This document shows, in pieces, positions 16,775 through 26,472 of a DNA stretch of 40,332 nt. The position numbers and the translations under genes are program-made. Origin of the DNA: a virus (Duplodnaviria > Caudoviricetes); IMG/VR virus record IMGVR_UViG_3300037462_000917, positions 1-40,332 of that record. One strand, written 5' to 3'. The notes beneath the pieces are model-generated. The model made no database searches and was not told the origin of the DNA. It worked only from the letters and a program-made list of their open reading frames with translations. Position 1 is the stretch's first letter; each line of letters opens with the position of its first letter.

Positions 16775-16999
16775 TCAGCGCTTGGCCGCGGCGGCCAGCA
16801 TGGCCTTGGCACCAGCGATGCGCCCTGCCTCGTAGGCGTCCTCCAGCGCTGCACGGATCGCCCAGACCGCCACATCGTGGAAATCCAGACGGTCGCTGTT
16901 CTGGGTCTCCAGCGTCTCGATGCTGTGAAAATGCTTCTTCGCGATCTCCAGCAGCAGGGCGTCGCTGGGGGCGTTGGCGGGGGCGGTCTTGGTGGTCAT
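16775..16999 (-). CDS. Small hypothetical protein (DUF6900-like)
   Basis: 'IETLETQNSDRLDFHDVAVWAIRAALEDAYEAG'; GGAG RBS before ATG 16999. Confidence 0.75.
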   Translation of the reverse strand: MTTKTAPANAPSDALLLEIAKKHFHSIETLETQNSDRLDFHDVAVWAIRAALEDAYEAGRIAGAKAMLAAAAKR

Positions 17000-17127
17000 G
17001 GCGTCGTCTCCGGGGGTGAGTTGCATCGTTTTCTTGGACCCAGATTCGCTCTAGGCGGGAGTGTAATCAACTGAATAATCAGATTATTTCCGTTTAACTC
17101 CAATATCTTGAGGCACATTCAATCACC

Positions 17128-17664
17128 ATGGAAGGTATGTCCGAACGCGAGTACTCCGCCCATTCCGGCCTCTCGCGTGGGGCCATCCAGAAGGCACGCC
17201 GCGCCAGTCGGCTGGTGGTTTACAGCGACGGGTCGATCAACGCGGCTGCTTCCGATGTGCGCCGGGCCGACATGACCGATCCGGACCAGCAGCGCCGCAG
17301 CACCGGCGGGGACAGCGGGTTCAGCGGTCCCGCAGACAGCTCGTCTTACCTGAAGGCGCGCACGGCACTGACGGTCTACCAGGCGCAGGACAAGCAACTC
17401 GGCATCCAGAAGAAGAAGGGCACGCTGGTCGACCGGTCCCGGGCGGAAGCGCTGGTGTTCCGGTTGGCCCGACAGGAACGCGATACTTGGGTCACCTGGC
17501 CCAACAGAGTGGCAGCGCTGATGGCGGCGGAAGTGGCCTTGGGAGTGGAGAAACAGACCGGCACACCGGTGATCATCGAGGCCGCGATCCTGCAGAGGGT
17601 GTTGGAAGCCCATGTCAGACAGCACCTCGACGCCCTCGCCGATCTCCGGGTCTCGCTTGGGTGA
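17128..17664 (+). CDS. terS: Terminase small subunit (Nu1-like)
   Basis: N-terminal HTH, 'KKGTLVDR' helical region; directly upstream of and overlapping terL. Confidence 0.75.
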   Translation: MEGMSEREYSAHSGLSRGAIQKARRASRLVVYSDGSINAAASDVRRADMTDPDQQRRSTGGDSGFSGPADSSSYLKARTALTVYQAQDKQLGIQKKKGTLVDRSRAEALVFRLARQERDTWVTWPNRVAALMAAEVALGVEKQTGTPVIIEAAILQRVLEAHVRQHLDALADLRVSLG

Positions 17665-19660
17665 AGGGACTGATGATCACGACCTGACGGACGGGCTAGA
17701 CCTCGAGTTTGACGGGGCCGAGGACATCCTGCGCAGCTGGCGCAAGGGCATGCGTCCCGATCCTGACCTGACGGTGTCGGAATGGGCGGATGAACACCGC
17801 TGGCTGTCATCGCGGGGCGCGGCGGAACCCGGGCGGTATCGCACGGCCCGCGCGCCCTATCTGCGCGAGATCATGGATGCGCTATCGCCCCGCCACCCAG
17901 CGCAGCGCATCACCTTCATGAAGGCCGCGCAGGTTGGGGCGACCGAGGCGGGCAACAACTGGATCGGCTTCGTGATCCACCATGCGCCGGGGCCGATGCT
18001 GGCCGTGCTGCCGAGCCTGGAATTGGCCAAGCGCACGTCGCGGGGTCGCCTTGATCCGCTGATCGCGGATAGCCCGGCGCTGCGCGAGAGGGTGAACCCT
18101 GCCAGGTCGCGCGATGCTGGCAATTCGATGCTGTCGAAGGAATTCCCCGGCGGCATCCTGGTGCTGACCGGCGCGAACTCGGCCACCGGTCTACGTTCGA
18201 TGCCCGCGCGCTACATCTTTCTGGATGAGGTCGACGCCTATCCAGCTTCTGCTGACGAGGAAGGTGATCCGGTCACGCTGGCTGAAGCGCGGACCACCAC
18301 CTTCTCGCACCGGCGCAAGGTGTTCATGGTCTCGACCCCGACAATACGGGGTTTGTCGCGCATTGAACGGGAGTTTGATGCCAGCGATCAGCGCCGGTAT
18401 TTCGTGCCCTGCCCCCACTGCGGTGCGATGCAATGGCTGCAGTTTGACCGCCTGCGCTGGGACAAGGGGCGGCCCGACACGGCGGCCTATCATTGTGAGG
18501 GCTGTGAAAAACCCATCGCCGAGCATCACAAGACGCAGATGCTGGAGCGCGGGGAGTGGCGGGCGACCGCTGTTTCTGCCGATCCCCACTCGATCGGCTT
18601 CCACCTCTCCGCGCTCTATTCGCCGCTGGGCTGGAAAAGCTGGCAGCAGATCGCCCGCGAATGGCTGGCGGCCCAAGGCTCGGAGGAGATGCTGCGCGCC
18701 GCGCGCAACACCCTGCTGGGGGAGACATGGGTGGAGTCGGGCGATGCGCCCGAATGGCAGCGGCTGGCAGAACGGCGGGAAAGCTACGCGGGCGTGCAAA
18801 TCCCCGTGGGCGGATTGTTCCTGACGGCTGGCGTCGATGTGCAGAAGGACCGGATCGAGGTCGATGTCTGGGCCTGGGGGCGCGGCTTGGAAAGCTGGCT
18901 GGTCGATCACATCGTCATCGCTGGTGGTCCGGACGATCCAGCCTGCTGGGACAAGCTGACGGCTTTGCTCAGCCGCACATGGACCTGCGCCAATGGCGCG
19001 GTGATGTTGATCGGCAAGCTCGCCATCGACACTGGTTATGAGGCACCCGCGGTTTACGCATGGGCGCGCAAACAGGGCTTCGATCAGGTGGCCCCGATCA
19101 AGGGCCTCGAGAGCTTCAACCGTGCGACGCCTGTGTCGGGGCCGACCTTCGTCGACGCCACCATCGGCGGCAAACGTCTGCGCCGGGGCGCGCGGCTGTG
19201 GTCGGTGGCCACGGCGACGTTCAAGACAGAAACCTACCGCTTTCTGCGGCTTGAACGCCCTTCGGATGAAGATCGGGCGCTGGGCGTGCTGGATGCCCCC
19301 GGCACCGTGCACTTGCCCGACTGGATCGACACCGAATGGCTGAAGCAGCTGGTGGCGGAACAGCTGGTCACCGTGCGCAACAAGCGCGGCTACGCCCATC
19401 CAGAATGGCAGAAGATGCGGGAACGCAACGAGGCGTTGGACACCCGGGTCTATGCCCGGGCGGCCGCGTGGATCATGGGCGCGGATCGCTGGGATGAGGC
19501 GACCTGGCGACGGCTGGAAGCGCAGGCCGGGGTGGAAACGCGTCTAGCGCCGCCCGTCACTACAACTGAACCGGCGGCCCCCACCCAGCCCAAAGCCGGA
19601 ACACCGACCACGCCACGGCGCAAACGCCGGGCTTACACACCAAACTTCATGAGGGATTGA
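17657..19660 (+). CDS. terL: Terminase large subunit, lambda GpA family
   Basis: Walker A KAAQVGAT, Walker B IFLDEVD, STPT, CPHCG, GVDVQ, NEALD; start uncertain (ATG 17612 or TTG 17657). Confidence 0.95.
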   Translation: MGEGTDDHDLTDGLDLEFDGAEDILRSWRKGMRPDPDLTVSEWADEHRWLSSRGAAEPGRYRTARAPYLREIMDALSPRHPAQRITFMKAAQVGATEAGNNWIGFVIHHAPGPMLAVLPSLELAKRTSRGRLDPLIADSPALRERVNPARSRDAGNSMLSKEFPGGILVLTGANSATGLRSMPARYIFLDEVDAYPASADEEGDPVTLAEARTTTFSHRRKVFMVSTPTIRGLSRIEREFDASDQRRYFVPCPHCGAMQWLQFDRLRWDKGRPDTAAYHCEGCEKPIAEHHKTQMLERGEWRATAVSADPHSIGFHLSALYSPLGWKSWQQIAREWLAAQGSEEMLRAARNTLLGETWVESGDAPEWQRLAERRESYAGVQIPVGGLFLTAGVDVQKDRIEVDVWAWGRGLESWLVDHIVIAGGPDDPACWDKLTALLSRTWTCANGAVMLIGKLAIDTGYEAPAVYAWARKQGFDQVAPIKGLESFNRATPVSGPTFVDATIGGKRLRRGARLWSVATATFKTETYRFLRLERPSDEDRALGVLDAPGTVHLPDWIDTEWLKQLVAEQLVTVRNKRGYAHPEWQKMRERNEALDTRVYARAAAWIMGADRWDEATWRRLEAQAGVETRLAPPVTTTEPAAPTQPKAGTPTTPRRKRRAYTPNFMRD

Positions 19661-19661
19661 G

Positions 19662-19877
19662 ATGGACCTTGAACGAATGCGCGCCCTGTTGGCCGCGCTG
19701 CAGGAGGCCCGTTATGCGGGCGTCCGCTCGGTCAGCTATGACGGCAAATCGATCAACTATGGCTCGGACGCGGAACTCGCGAACGCGATCAGCGATCTGG
19801 AAACCCGGATTGCCACCGCCACGACCGGCACGCCCCGGCGCCGCCGCTGGGGCACTGTGGCCTCGAAGGGCTTGTGA
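19662..19877 (+). CDS. Head-tail joining protein (gpW-like)
   Basis: 71 aa between terL and portal; 'SVSYDGKSINY..ELANAI..LE'. Confidence 0.8.
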   Translation: MDLERMRALLAALQEARYAGVRSVSYDGKSINYGSDAELANAISDLETRIATATTGTPRRRRWGTVASKGL

Positions 19878-19880
19878 TCC

Positions 19881-21377
19881 ATGGCGTTCGAGGCTTTCCG
19901 CCAGCGCATCGGCAGCATCATCGGCGGGTTTGACGCGGCTCAGGCCCACCGGCGGCTTCGGGGTTTCCGCGCCAGCCGCGCCCATGTGAACACGCTGATC
20001 GCGGCCTCGGGCGACACGATCACCGCCCGGGCCCGTTGGCTGGTTCGGAACAATGGTTATGCAGCCAACGCCGTGGAAAGCTTCGCCAGCAATGTTGTCG
20101 GGGATGGGATCAAGCCCTCGTCGACCATCATGGATGCGGCCAAGAAGGAAGAGCTGCAAGCGCTGTGGCTGGCCTGGACCGATGATGCCGACGCCGAGGG
20201 CCTGACAGATTTCTATGGATTGCAGCGCCGGGCCGCGCGCGAGGTGTTCCTGTCGGGTGAAGTGTTCATTCGCATCCGACCCCGTCGCGCGGAGGATGAC
20301 CTGACGGTCCCGCTGCAATTGCAGATCCTACCTGCCGAGATGCTGCCCCTCGACATGAACCGCACCTTGCCAGGTGCCGGGCTTATCCGTCAGGGCATCG
20401 AGTTTGACGGCATCGGTCGCCGCGTCGCCTATCACTTCCTGCGCCGCCACCCGGGCGATCTGACCGACCCTGGCCTCGCGGGCGAAACTGTCCGCGTTCC
20501 GGCTGGCGATGTAATCCACATCCTCGACCCGGTGGAAGCTGGCCAGCTGCGCGGCGTGTCGCGGTTTGCAGCTGCCATAGTCAAGCTGTTCACGCTGGAC
20601 CTCTATGACGACGCCGAGCTGGAGCGGAAGAAAATCGCGGCGATGTTCGCAATGTTCATCACCTCGCCCGCCCCGGAAACCCCGCTGGAACCGACCGAAG
20701 AGGATCTCGAGGTCGAACCCGGCCAGGTGGTGCGGCTCGATCCCGGCGAGGATGTGTCCACCCCTGCCACACCGGACTCGGGCGGCACCTACGAGCCGTT
20801 CCAGTATCGGACCCTACTGCAGATCGCGGCGGCGCTGGGCGTGCCCTATGGCTATCTGACCGGCGACACGGCGAAGGGCAACTTCTCCAACACGCGGATC
20901 AGCCTCATAGAATTCCGCCGACGCATCTCCGCCTGGCAGCATGGCGTGCTGGTCTATCAGCTTTGCCGTGCCGTCTGGGTGCGCTGGATGGACACCGCTG
21001 TGCTGTCGGGCGCGCTGGACCTGCCGGGCTATGACAGCCAGCGGCGCCAATATCAGGCCTGCGCCTGGCTCCCCACCAAATGGGACTGGATTGACCCGAT
21101 GAAAGACGCCTCAGCCGAAATCCTGCAGATCGAAGCGGGCCTGAAATCCCGAACACAAGCCTTGGCCGAGCGTGGATACGACGCCGAGCAAGTAGACCGT
21201 GAAATCGCCGCCGAGCGCAAACGCGAAGCAGCGCTGGGCCTCGACTTCCGGCGGCCGGGATCCCCGGCGCAGGGGCCGGGTGAAAGCGGCAAGACGGAGG
21301 AAGATCCCAACGCAGAAAAGGACGACGAGGCCGACGACACCGCCGACGAGAAACCCGACCCCAAGGAGGGCGAATGA
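19881..21377 (+). CDS. Portal protein, lambda family
   Basis: 'ARARWLVRNNGYA', 'GQLRGVS', 'LTGD...NFSN.R', 'WIDPMKD'. Confidence 0.93.
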   Translation: MAFEAFRQRIGSIIGGFDAAQAHRRLRGFRASRAHVNTLIAASGDTITARARWLVRNNGYAANAVESFASNVVGDGIKPSSTIMDAAKKEELQALWLAWTDDADAEGLTDFYGLQRRAAREVFLSGEVFIRIRPRRAEDDLTVPLQLQILPAEMLPLDMNRTLPGAGLIRQGIEFDGIGRRVAYHFLRRHPGDLTDPGLAGETVRVPAGDVIHILDPVEAGQLRGVSRFAAAIVKLFTLDLYDDAELERKKIAAMFAMFITSPAPETPLEPTEEDLEVEPGQVVRLDPGEDVSTPATPDSGGTYEPFQYRTLLQIAAALGVPYGYLTGDTAKGNFSNTRISLIEFRRRISAWQHGVLVYQLCRAVWVRWMDTAVLSGALDLPGYDSQRRQYQACAWLPTKWDWIDPMKDASAEILQIEAGLKSRTQALAERGYDAEQVDREIAAERKREAALGLDFRRPGSPAQGPGESGKTEEDPNAEKDDEADDTADEKPDPKEGE

Positions 21378-22699
21378 TGCACCACGCCCAAATCGCCCAG
21401 CGTGCTTTCAACACGCCACTGATGGTGGACCCCGCAAAGGCGCTGGCTTTCCTGTCCGGTCTTGGCCCACGCATCACCGGGCAAGAAATCACCTTCCAAG
21501 GGCTGGAGGTGGAAGTCGCTGATCAGACTGCCGCGAACTTGCCCGCCCGCGCCTCTCTGTTCAGCAATGATCTCGCCCAGCGCCATCAGCGAAACGGCTC
21601 CCAGCCCTTTGCGGTGGTTGATGGCATCGCCGTCATCGAAATCTCGGGCACACTTGTGCACCGGGGCGCGTGGATCGGGCAATCTTCCGGTCTGACCTCT
21701 TATGAGGGGATCGCCGCCCAGCTTCAGGCGGCCGTGGATGATCCCGGTGTGCGTGGAATCGCACTGGATATCGACAGCTTCGGTGGCGAGGTCGCCGGGG
21801 CCTTCGATTTGGCCGACCGCATCCGCGCCGCGCGGGCGCAGAAGCCCGTCCACGCCTTTGTCACCGAACACGCGCTGTCGGCTGGCTATGTCCTCGCCTC
21901 CCAGGCTGACCGGATCATCCTGCCGCGCACCGGGGCGGTGGGCAGCATTGGCGTCGTCGCACTGCACACCGACATGAGTGGCGCCCTCGATCAAAAGGGC
22001 ATCGCCGTTACGCTGATCCACGCCGGGGCGCACAAGGTTGATGCCAACCCATACCAGCCCCTGCCCGAAGCGGTGCACGATCAGATGCAGCGCGAGTTGG
22101 AGGTGGTCCGCTTTCTCTTCGCTGAAACCGTCGCTGCCGGTCGTGGGGATCGCCTGACCCACGGCGCAGCACTGGCCACCGAAGCAGCCGTGTTCCGCGG
22201 GGTCGACGCAATCGCCGCCGGTCTGGCTGACGAGCTTGCCGATCCCGTCACCGCTTTTCACGCCTTCGCCGCCGCGCCTCGCGGCACCACTTCCTCCAGC
22301 AGAAAGGGTCCACAGATGACCACCACACCCACCAACACACCGAACCCAGCCCCGGTTGCCGCTCCTCCTGATGCATCACCTGCGGTCGCGGCCGCGCCAG
22401 ACGCACCGGCTGCGGCGGCCGATGCTGCGCCCAGCACCATGACCGCCGACGCCGTCCGCGCCGAGGCGGCCGAGGTTGCGCAGGTTTGCGCACAGGCCAC
22501 CCGGCTCGGCGTGACCATCGACGCGGCCGACGCGGTCAGCAAGGGTCTGAAGCCAGAGGCCCTGCGCGCCCGAGTTCTGGCCGATCTTGCCGCCCGTAGC
22601 GACGCGGCAGGCATCATTGCCACCGCCCCGGCTGCGGCTTCGAAGGAAAGCCCCATCGTGGCCGCTGCCAAGAAAACTGCGACCGACGCCAAGCGCTGA
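21374..22699 (+). CDS. S49 head maturation protease (lambda gpC-like)
   Basis: LDIDSFGG, ALSAGY, GSIGV, GLAD motifs; Ala/Pro-rich C-terminus. Confidence 0.92.
   Translation: MMHHAQIAQRAFNTPLMVDPAKALAFLSGLGPRITGQEITFQGLEVEVADQTAANLPARASLFSNDLAQRHQRNGSQPFAVVDGIAVIEISGTLVHRGAWIGQSSGLTSYEGIAAQLQAAVDDPGVRGIALDIDSFGGEVAGAFDLADRIRAARAQKPVHAFVTEHALSAGYVLASQADRIILPRTGAVGSIGVVALHTDMSGALDQKGIAVTLIHAGAHKVDANPYQPLPEAVHDQMQRELEVVRFLFAETVAAGRGDRLTHGAALATEAAVFRGVDAIAAGLADELADPVTAFHAFAAAPRGTTSSSRKGPQMTTTPTNTPNPAPVAAPPDASPAVAAAPDAPAAAADAAPSTMTADAVRAEAAEVAQVCAQATRLGVTIDAADAVSKGLKPEALRARVLADLAARSDAAGIIATAPAAASKESPIVAAAKKTATDAKR
22316..22699 (+). CDS. Nested in-frame scaffolding protein (Nu3-like)
   Basis: AGAAAGGG RBS-like sequence before in-frame ATG 22316 at the protease/linker boundary. 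Confidence 0.55.
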   Translation: MTTTPTNTPNPAPVAAPPDASPAVAAAPDAPAAAADAAPSTMTADAVRAEAAEVAQVCAQATRLGVTIDAADAVSKGLKPEALRARVLADLAARSDAAGIIATAPAAASKESPIVAAAKKTATDAKR

Positions 22700-22740
22700 A
22701 CCAGCGCCCCTTCCCCACCCCAGAACATGGAGACTGACCA

Positions 22741-23121
22741 ATGCCCGTCCTGACGGAACAGCCCAGCATGGGCGATGTCCTCAAATATGAGGTCAACCCG
22801 AACTACACCCGCGAGGTGATCACCCTGCTGCAAGGCCAGCCCTACCCGGTCGGTTCGGTGCTGGGCAAGATCACCGCCAGCGGCAAATACAAGCTGGCCA
22901 CCAGCGGCGGCAGCGACGGCGCGCAGACCGCGACCGCCGTGCTGCTCTATGCCGTCGATGCCACGCTGGCCGATGCTGTGGGCATTGTCGTCGCGCGCGG
23001 CCCCTCGATCGTTTCGCGCGCTGGCCTCGCCTATGACGCGACCGTCGATGACGGCGCCAAGATCACCACCAAGATCGGCCAGCTTGCCGCCGTGGGCATC
23101 ATCGCCCGCGATGGCGTCTGA
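22741..23121 (+). CDS. Head decoration protein (gpD-like)
   Basis: Between protease and capsid; 'GSVLGKITASGKY...DG.QTA.AVL'. Confidence 0.88.
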   Translation: MPVLTEQPSMGDVLKYEVNPNYTREVITLLQGQPYPVGSVLGKITASGKYKLATSGGSDGAQTATAVLLYAVDATLADAVGIVVARGPSIVSRAGLAYDATVDDGAKITTKIGQLAAVGIIARDGV

Positions 23122-23154
23122 CACGGTTTCCCCCCTTCATCCCCGGAGCACCCC

Positions 23155-24177
23155 ATGACCCTTGTCCGCAATCCCTTTGACGCTGGCGGTTACTCGCTGG
23201 CCGAGATGACGCAGGCCATCAACATCCTGCCCAACCTCTACACCCGCCTCGGCCAGATCGGCCTCTTCCGCTTCGAAGGCGTCACCCAGCGTTCGGTGAT
23301 CATCGAGCAATACGAGGGTGTCCTGAACCTGCTGCCTTCGGTTCCGCTGGGCGGGCCTGCAACCGTCGGCACCCGGGAAGGCCGCTCGATGCGCAGCTTC
23401 GCCCTGCCGTGGATCCCGCATGACGACGTCATTCTGCCGGGTGACATCCAAGGCGCCCCCGCGCTGGGTGCCTTCGATGCCGCCGACCCGCTGGTCGAGG
23501 TGATGAACCGCAAGCTGCAGCTGATGCGCCGCAAGCATGCCCAGACCCGCGAATACATGGAGATGAATGCCCTGCGCGGGATCGTGAAGGACGGAGCCGG
23601 GACCACCCTCTACAACTACTTCACCGAATTTGGCCTGACGCAGATCTCGGTGGATTTCCTGCTGGGCACCGCTGGCACTCTCGTCCAAAGCAAGGTCCGC
23701 GAGGTTTTGCGGGCAATCGAAGACAACCTCCTCGGCGAAAGCATGTCGGACGTGCATGCCCTCGTCAGCCGGGAATTCTTCGACAAGCTGATTGCGCATC
23801 CGAAGACGGAAGAAGCCTACAAGTTCTACGCGGCGACCGGCGCGCAGCCTTTGCGCCAGGATGTGCGCCGGAACTTCCCCTTCGCGGGCATTGTCTTCGA
23901 GGAATACGCGGGCACCGTCACCCTCTCGACCAAGGTCACCGAACGACTGGTTCCGGCCAACGAAGGCATCGCGTTTCCGCTCGGCACCATGGACACATTC
24001 ACGACCTATGGCGGCCCGGCCAACCTGCTGGAGGCGGCGAACACGATGGGCCTGCCGCTCTATGCCCGCCAACACCTCGACGAGAAAGGCCGCTGGATCG
24101 ACCTGATGACCGAGGCGTCAATCCTGCCGGTCAACAAGCGGCCGCGCATCGCGATCCGCATTCACACTTCGAACTGA
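23155..24177 (+). CDS. Major capsid protein, lambda gpE family
   Basis: 340 aa; position; 'TREYMEMNALRG', 'FFDKLIAHP', 'ILPVNKRP'. Confidence 0.92.
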   Translation: MTLVRNPFDAGGYSLAEMTQAINILPNLYTRLGQIGLFRFEGVTQRSVIIEQYEGVLNLLPSVPLGGPATVGTREGRSMRSFALPWIPHDDVILPGDIQGAPALGAFDAADPLVEVMNRKLQLMRRKHAQTREYMEMNALRGIVKDGAGTTLYNYFTEFGLTQISVDFLLGTAGTLVQSKVREVLRAIEDNLLGESMSDVHALVSREFFDKLIAHPKTEEAYKFYAATGAQPLRQDVRRNFPFAGIVFEEYAGTVTLSTKVTERLVPANEGIAFPLGTMDTFTTYGGPANLLEAANTMGLPLYARQHLDEKGRWIDLMTEASILPVNKRPRIAIRIHTSN

Positions 24178-24189
24178 CAGGCGCCTTCG

Positions 24190-24504
24190 ATGAACGTCTT
24201 CGCCGCCGCCATGGACCGGATCTACGCCAACCCGTCCATGGCGGCGGCCGCAGTCTGGATTTCCGCCACGACATCAGAGGAACGCCCGATCCACGTCATC
24301 CGTCGCGCCCCGGATCGGATCACAGACTTCGGCGCTGGGCGGTTTGTCAGTGACACAATGATGGTGGACGTCCGCGTCTCCGACTTACCCGATCCCCGCC
24401 CCGGCGATCTGATCGTGATCGGGGCAGACAGCTTCACCATCCAAGGCGAGCCAGTGCGCGACCGCGAGCGCCTGATCTGGACACTGGACCTGCGCCCATC
24501 ATGA
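24190..24504 (+). CDS. Head-tail joining/closure protein
   Basis: 104 aa after the capsid; 'PRPGDLI.IG...F.I.G.P'. Confidence 0.7.
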   Translation: MNVFAAAMDRIYANPSMAAAAVWISATTSEERPIHVIRRAPDRITDFGAGRFVSDTMMVDVRVSDLPDPRPGDLIVIGADSFTIQGEPVRDRERLIWTLDLRPS

Positions 24505-25136
24505 AGCTGAAGATTGCCTTCGACCCAGACCTCGTCGCGCTGATGCAAGCCGAAATCGCTGCCGGTGAAAAGGCGGTGTCCGCCGCCATGCGCGAAGCGG
24601 GCAACTCCCTGAAATCCGCCTGGCGCGGCCAGATCACTGGCGCTGGCCTCGGCACCAGGCTTGGCAACTCCATCCGCCTCGCCAGCTTCCCGAAATCCGG
24701 CGACAGCCTGAACGCTGCGGCGCTCGTCTGGTCCAACGCGCCGGTGATTATCGGCGCGCATGACACCGGCCCGTTGATCCGGTCCAAGGACGGGTTCTGG
24801 CTGGCCATCCCGACCCCAGCCGCCGGGAAAAGCACCAAGGGCGGTCGGATCACCCCCGGCGAATGGGAGCGCCGCACCGGCCTGCGTCTGCGGTTCATCT
24901 ACCGCCGTCTCGGGCCAAGCTTGCTGGTGGCGGAGGGGCGGTTGAATTCGAAAGGCAGGGCTGTGGCATCGAAGTCGAAAACTGGGCGCGGCGTGGCGAC
25001 CGTGCCGATCTTCCTGCTCGTGCCGCAGATCAAGCTGCGCAAACGGCTGGATCTGGCGCGGGATGTCGAGCGGGCGGTGGACGGCGTGCCGGGAATGATC
25101 GTGGCGAGGTGGGTGACAAATTCGGACAGGGTCTGA
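24501..25136 (+). CDS. Basic neck/tail completion protein (DUF6441-like)
   Basis: Position in the neck module; ATGA overlap. Confidence 0.65.
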   Translation: MKLKIAFDPDLVALMQAEIAAGEKAVSAAMREAGNSLKSAWRGQITGAGLGTRLGNSIRLASFPKSGDSLNAAALVWSNAPVIIGAHDTGPLIRSKDGFWLAIPTPAAGKSTKGGRITPGEWERRTGLRLRFIYRRLGPSLLVAEGRLNSKGRAVASKSKTGRGVATVPIFLLVPQIKLRKRLDLARDVERAVDGVPGMIVARWVTNSDRV

Positions 25137-25218
25137 CGCTGGCTCGGCGATGTTCGCTTGATGGTTGAATTGCGCATCGCTAGCCTGATTCTAAACGAAC
25201 AATGGAAGAATTCTCAAA

Positions 25219-26328
25219 ATGATGCGCAATTTCCTCCTTACCCTGACGACGACGGCACTTATCGCATTTCCTGCCGGTGCTGATCCATCGCAGCAAGAGG
25301 TCGACACAGCGCGTTCAGAATGCCGCGATGCGTTTCTTGCGCGGGATGCCGAAGCCTATATGGACGCTGCGGCATCAATGATCGCATGGGGTTCCTTGCA
25401 GAACGCGGATTGGTCGAGGGAGGTCGAATTGTGCCTTGCTTTTGCCGAAGCAATTGAAGGCGCGAGTCTAGACACCGCTCGTGAAAGGGCGGCTGGCCTA
25501 TCCGATGCAGTCGGCCCGACCCCGGCCCCGTCTGAGGAGCCAGCGGCACCACAAGCAGATGCGCCTGCAGCCGATACGCGGCTCGCAGATTTTCTTTCCC
25601 GGATCCAAGCAGATGGGGCAGACGTGGAAGCGATTGTGCGCGAGATCGCCGCGGACACGACCTTTGCGCCAAGTCCAGGTCCTGAACGTGATGCGCTTGA
25701 AGAAGCACTCAATGCATACGTTCGACCCATTCCCGCCGCACAAGCCGAACGCAATTTTGTCGCGTATCAAGCCCTGGCGCGAGTAAACGGCGAAAACCAG
25801 ACCTACGTCGACAAGGCCGCAAGTTACGAACAAGCTATCGAAGCGGAACGTGAGCAACTGCAAAGAACGGCCCGTGCGCTCGAGGGGCGACTGGTGCGAA
25901 CGACGGCCGAGTTCGACGGTTCCTCTTGGGGGCGGCACCCATCGTCCCCGCGCTTTCAGGATATCCGAAACTACGTGACCCTCTATCTGATCGAATCTGG
26001 CTCGGGTCAGAAGACCATGGAACTGTTCTTCAACTACACATCACGGAGTGGCTGGCTGTTCGTCGAAAGCGCCTCGATCAACATCGACGGAGAAACGACC
26101 CGAGTACCGGTTGGTCAATGGTTTCGCGACAATGACACCGAGATTTGGGAGTTCGCCAGCATGCGAGGCGACGCCGCCGTGGCGCTTGCCCGCAAAATCG
26201 CTGACGCGGATCGCGCCGTCATTCGCTTCAATGGGCAGCAATTCTATGATGATTACGTCGTGTCAGACGGGGACAAGCGTGTCATCCGAGAAATGCTGGC
26301 AATGTGGGAAGTGATCTCCGCAGAATAA
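25219..26328 (+). CDS. Moron: secreted hypothetical protein (369 aa)
   Basis: Signal peptide ending AGA; AT-richer flanks; interrupts the neck/tail operon. Confidence 0.8.
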   Translation: MMRNFLLTLTTTALIAFPAGADPSQQEVDTARSECRDAFLARDAEAYMDAAASMIAWGSLQNADWSREVELCLAFAEAIEGASLDTARERAAGLSDAVGPTPAPSEEPAAPQADAPAADTRLADFLSRIQADGADVEAIVREIAADTTFAPSPGPERDALEEALNAYVRPIPAAQAERNFVAYQALARVNGENQTYVDKAASYEQAIEAEREQLQRTARALEGRLVRTTAEFDGSSWGRHPSSPRFQDIRNYVTLYLIESGSGQKTMELFFNYTSRSGWLFVESASINIDGETTRVPVGQWFRDNDTEIWEFASMRGDAAVALARKIADADRAVIRFNGQQFYDDYVVSDGDKRVIREMLAMWEVISAE

Positions 26329-26472
26329 AATGTGATCGCTCTGCGGCGAACCATCCTAAGGCGATCCTCAAACCAAAAACTTGGCCAGTCACGGCCTTTC
26401 AGCTGAGAATGGATGGGCACACGTCAAAGTGGCGTGTGCCCGACCATTTTGGCATCAATTGTATTGTGAGCC

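Noticed and set aside
18191-19399. Long antisense ORFs (e.g. 18191-19399, 21053-22261, 27838-29004, 31293-32438, 32790-34046, 38854-39891)
   Set aside because: Shadow ORFs typical of high-GC coding DNA; no motifs, unlike the 5380 frame, which carries the missing MTase motif
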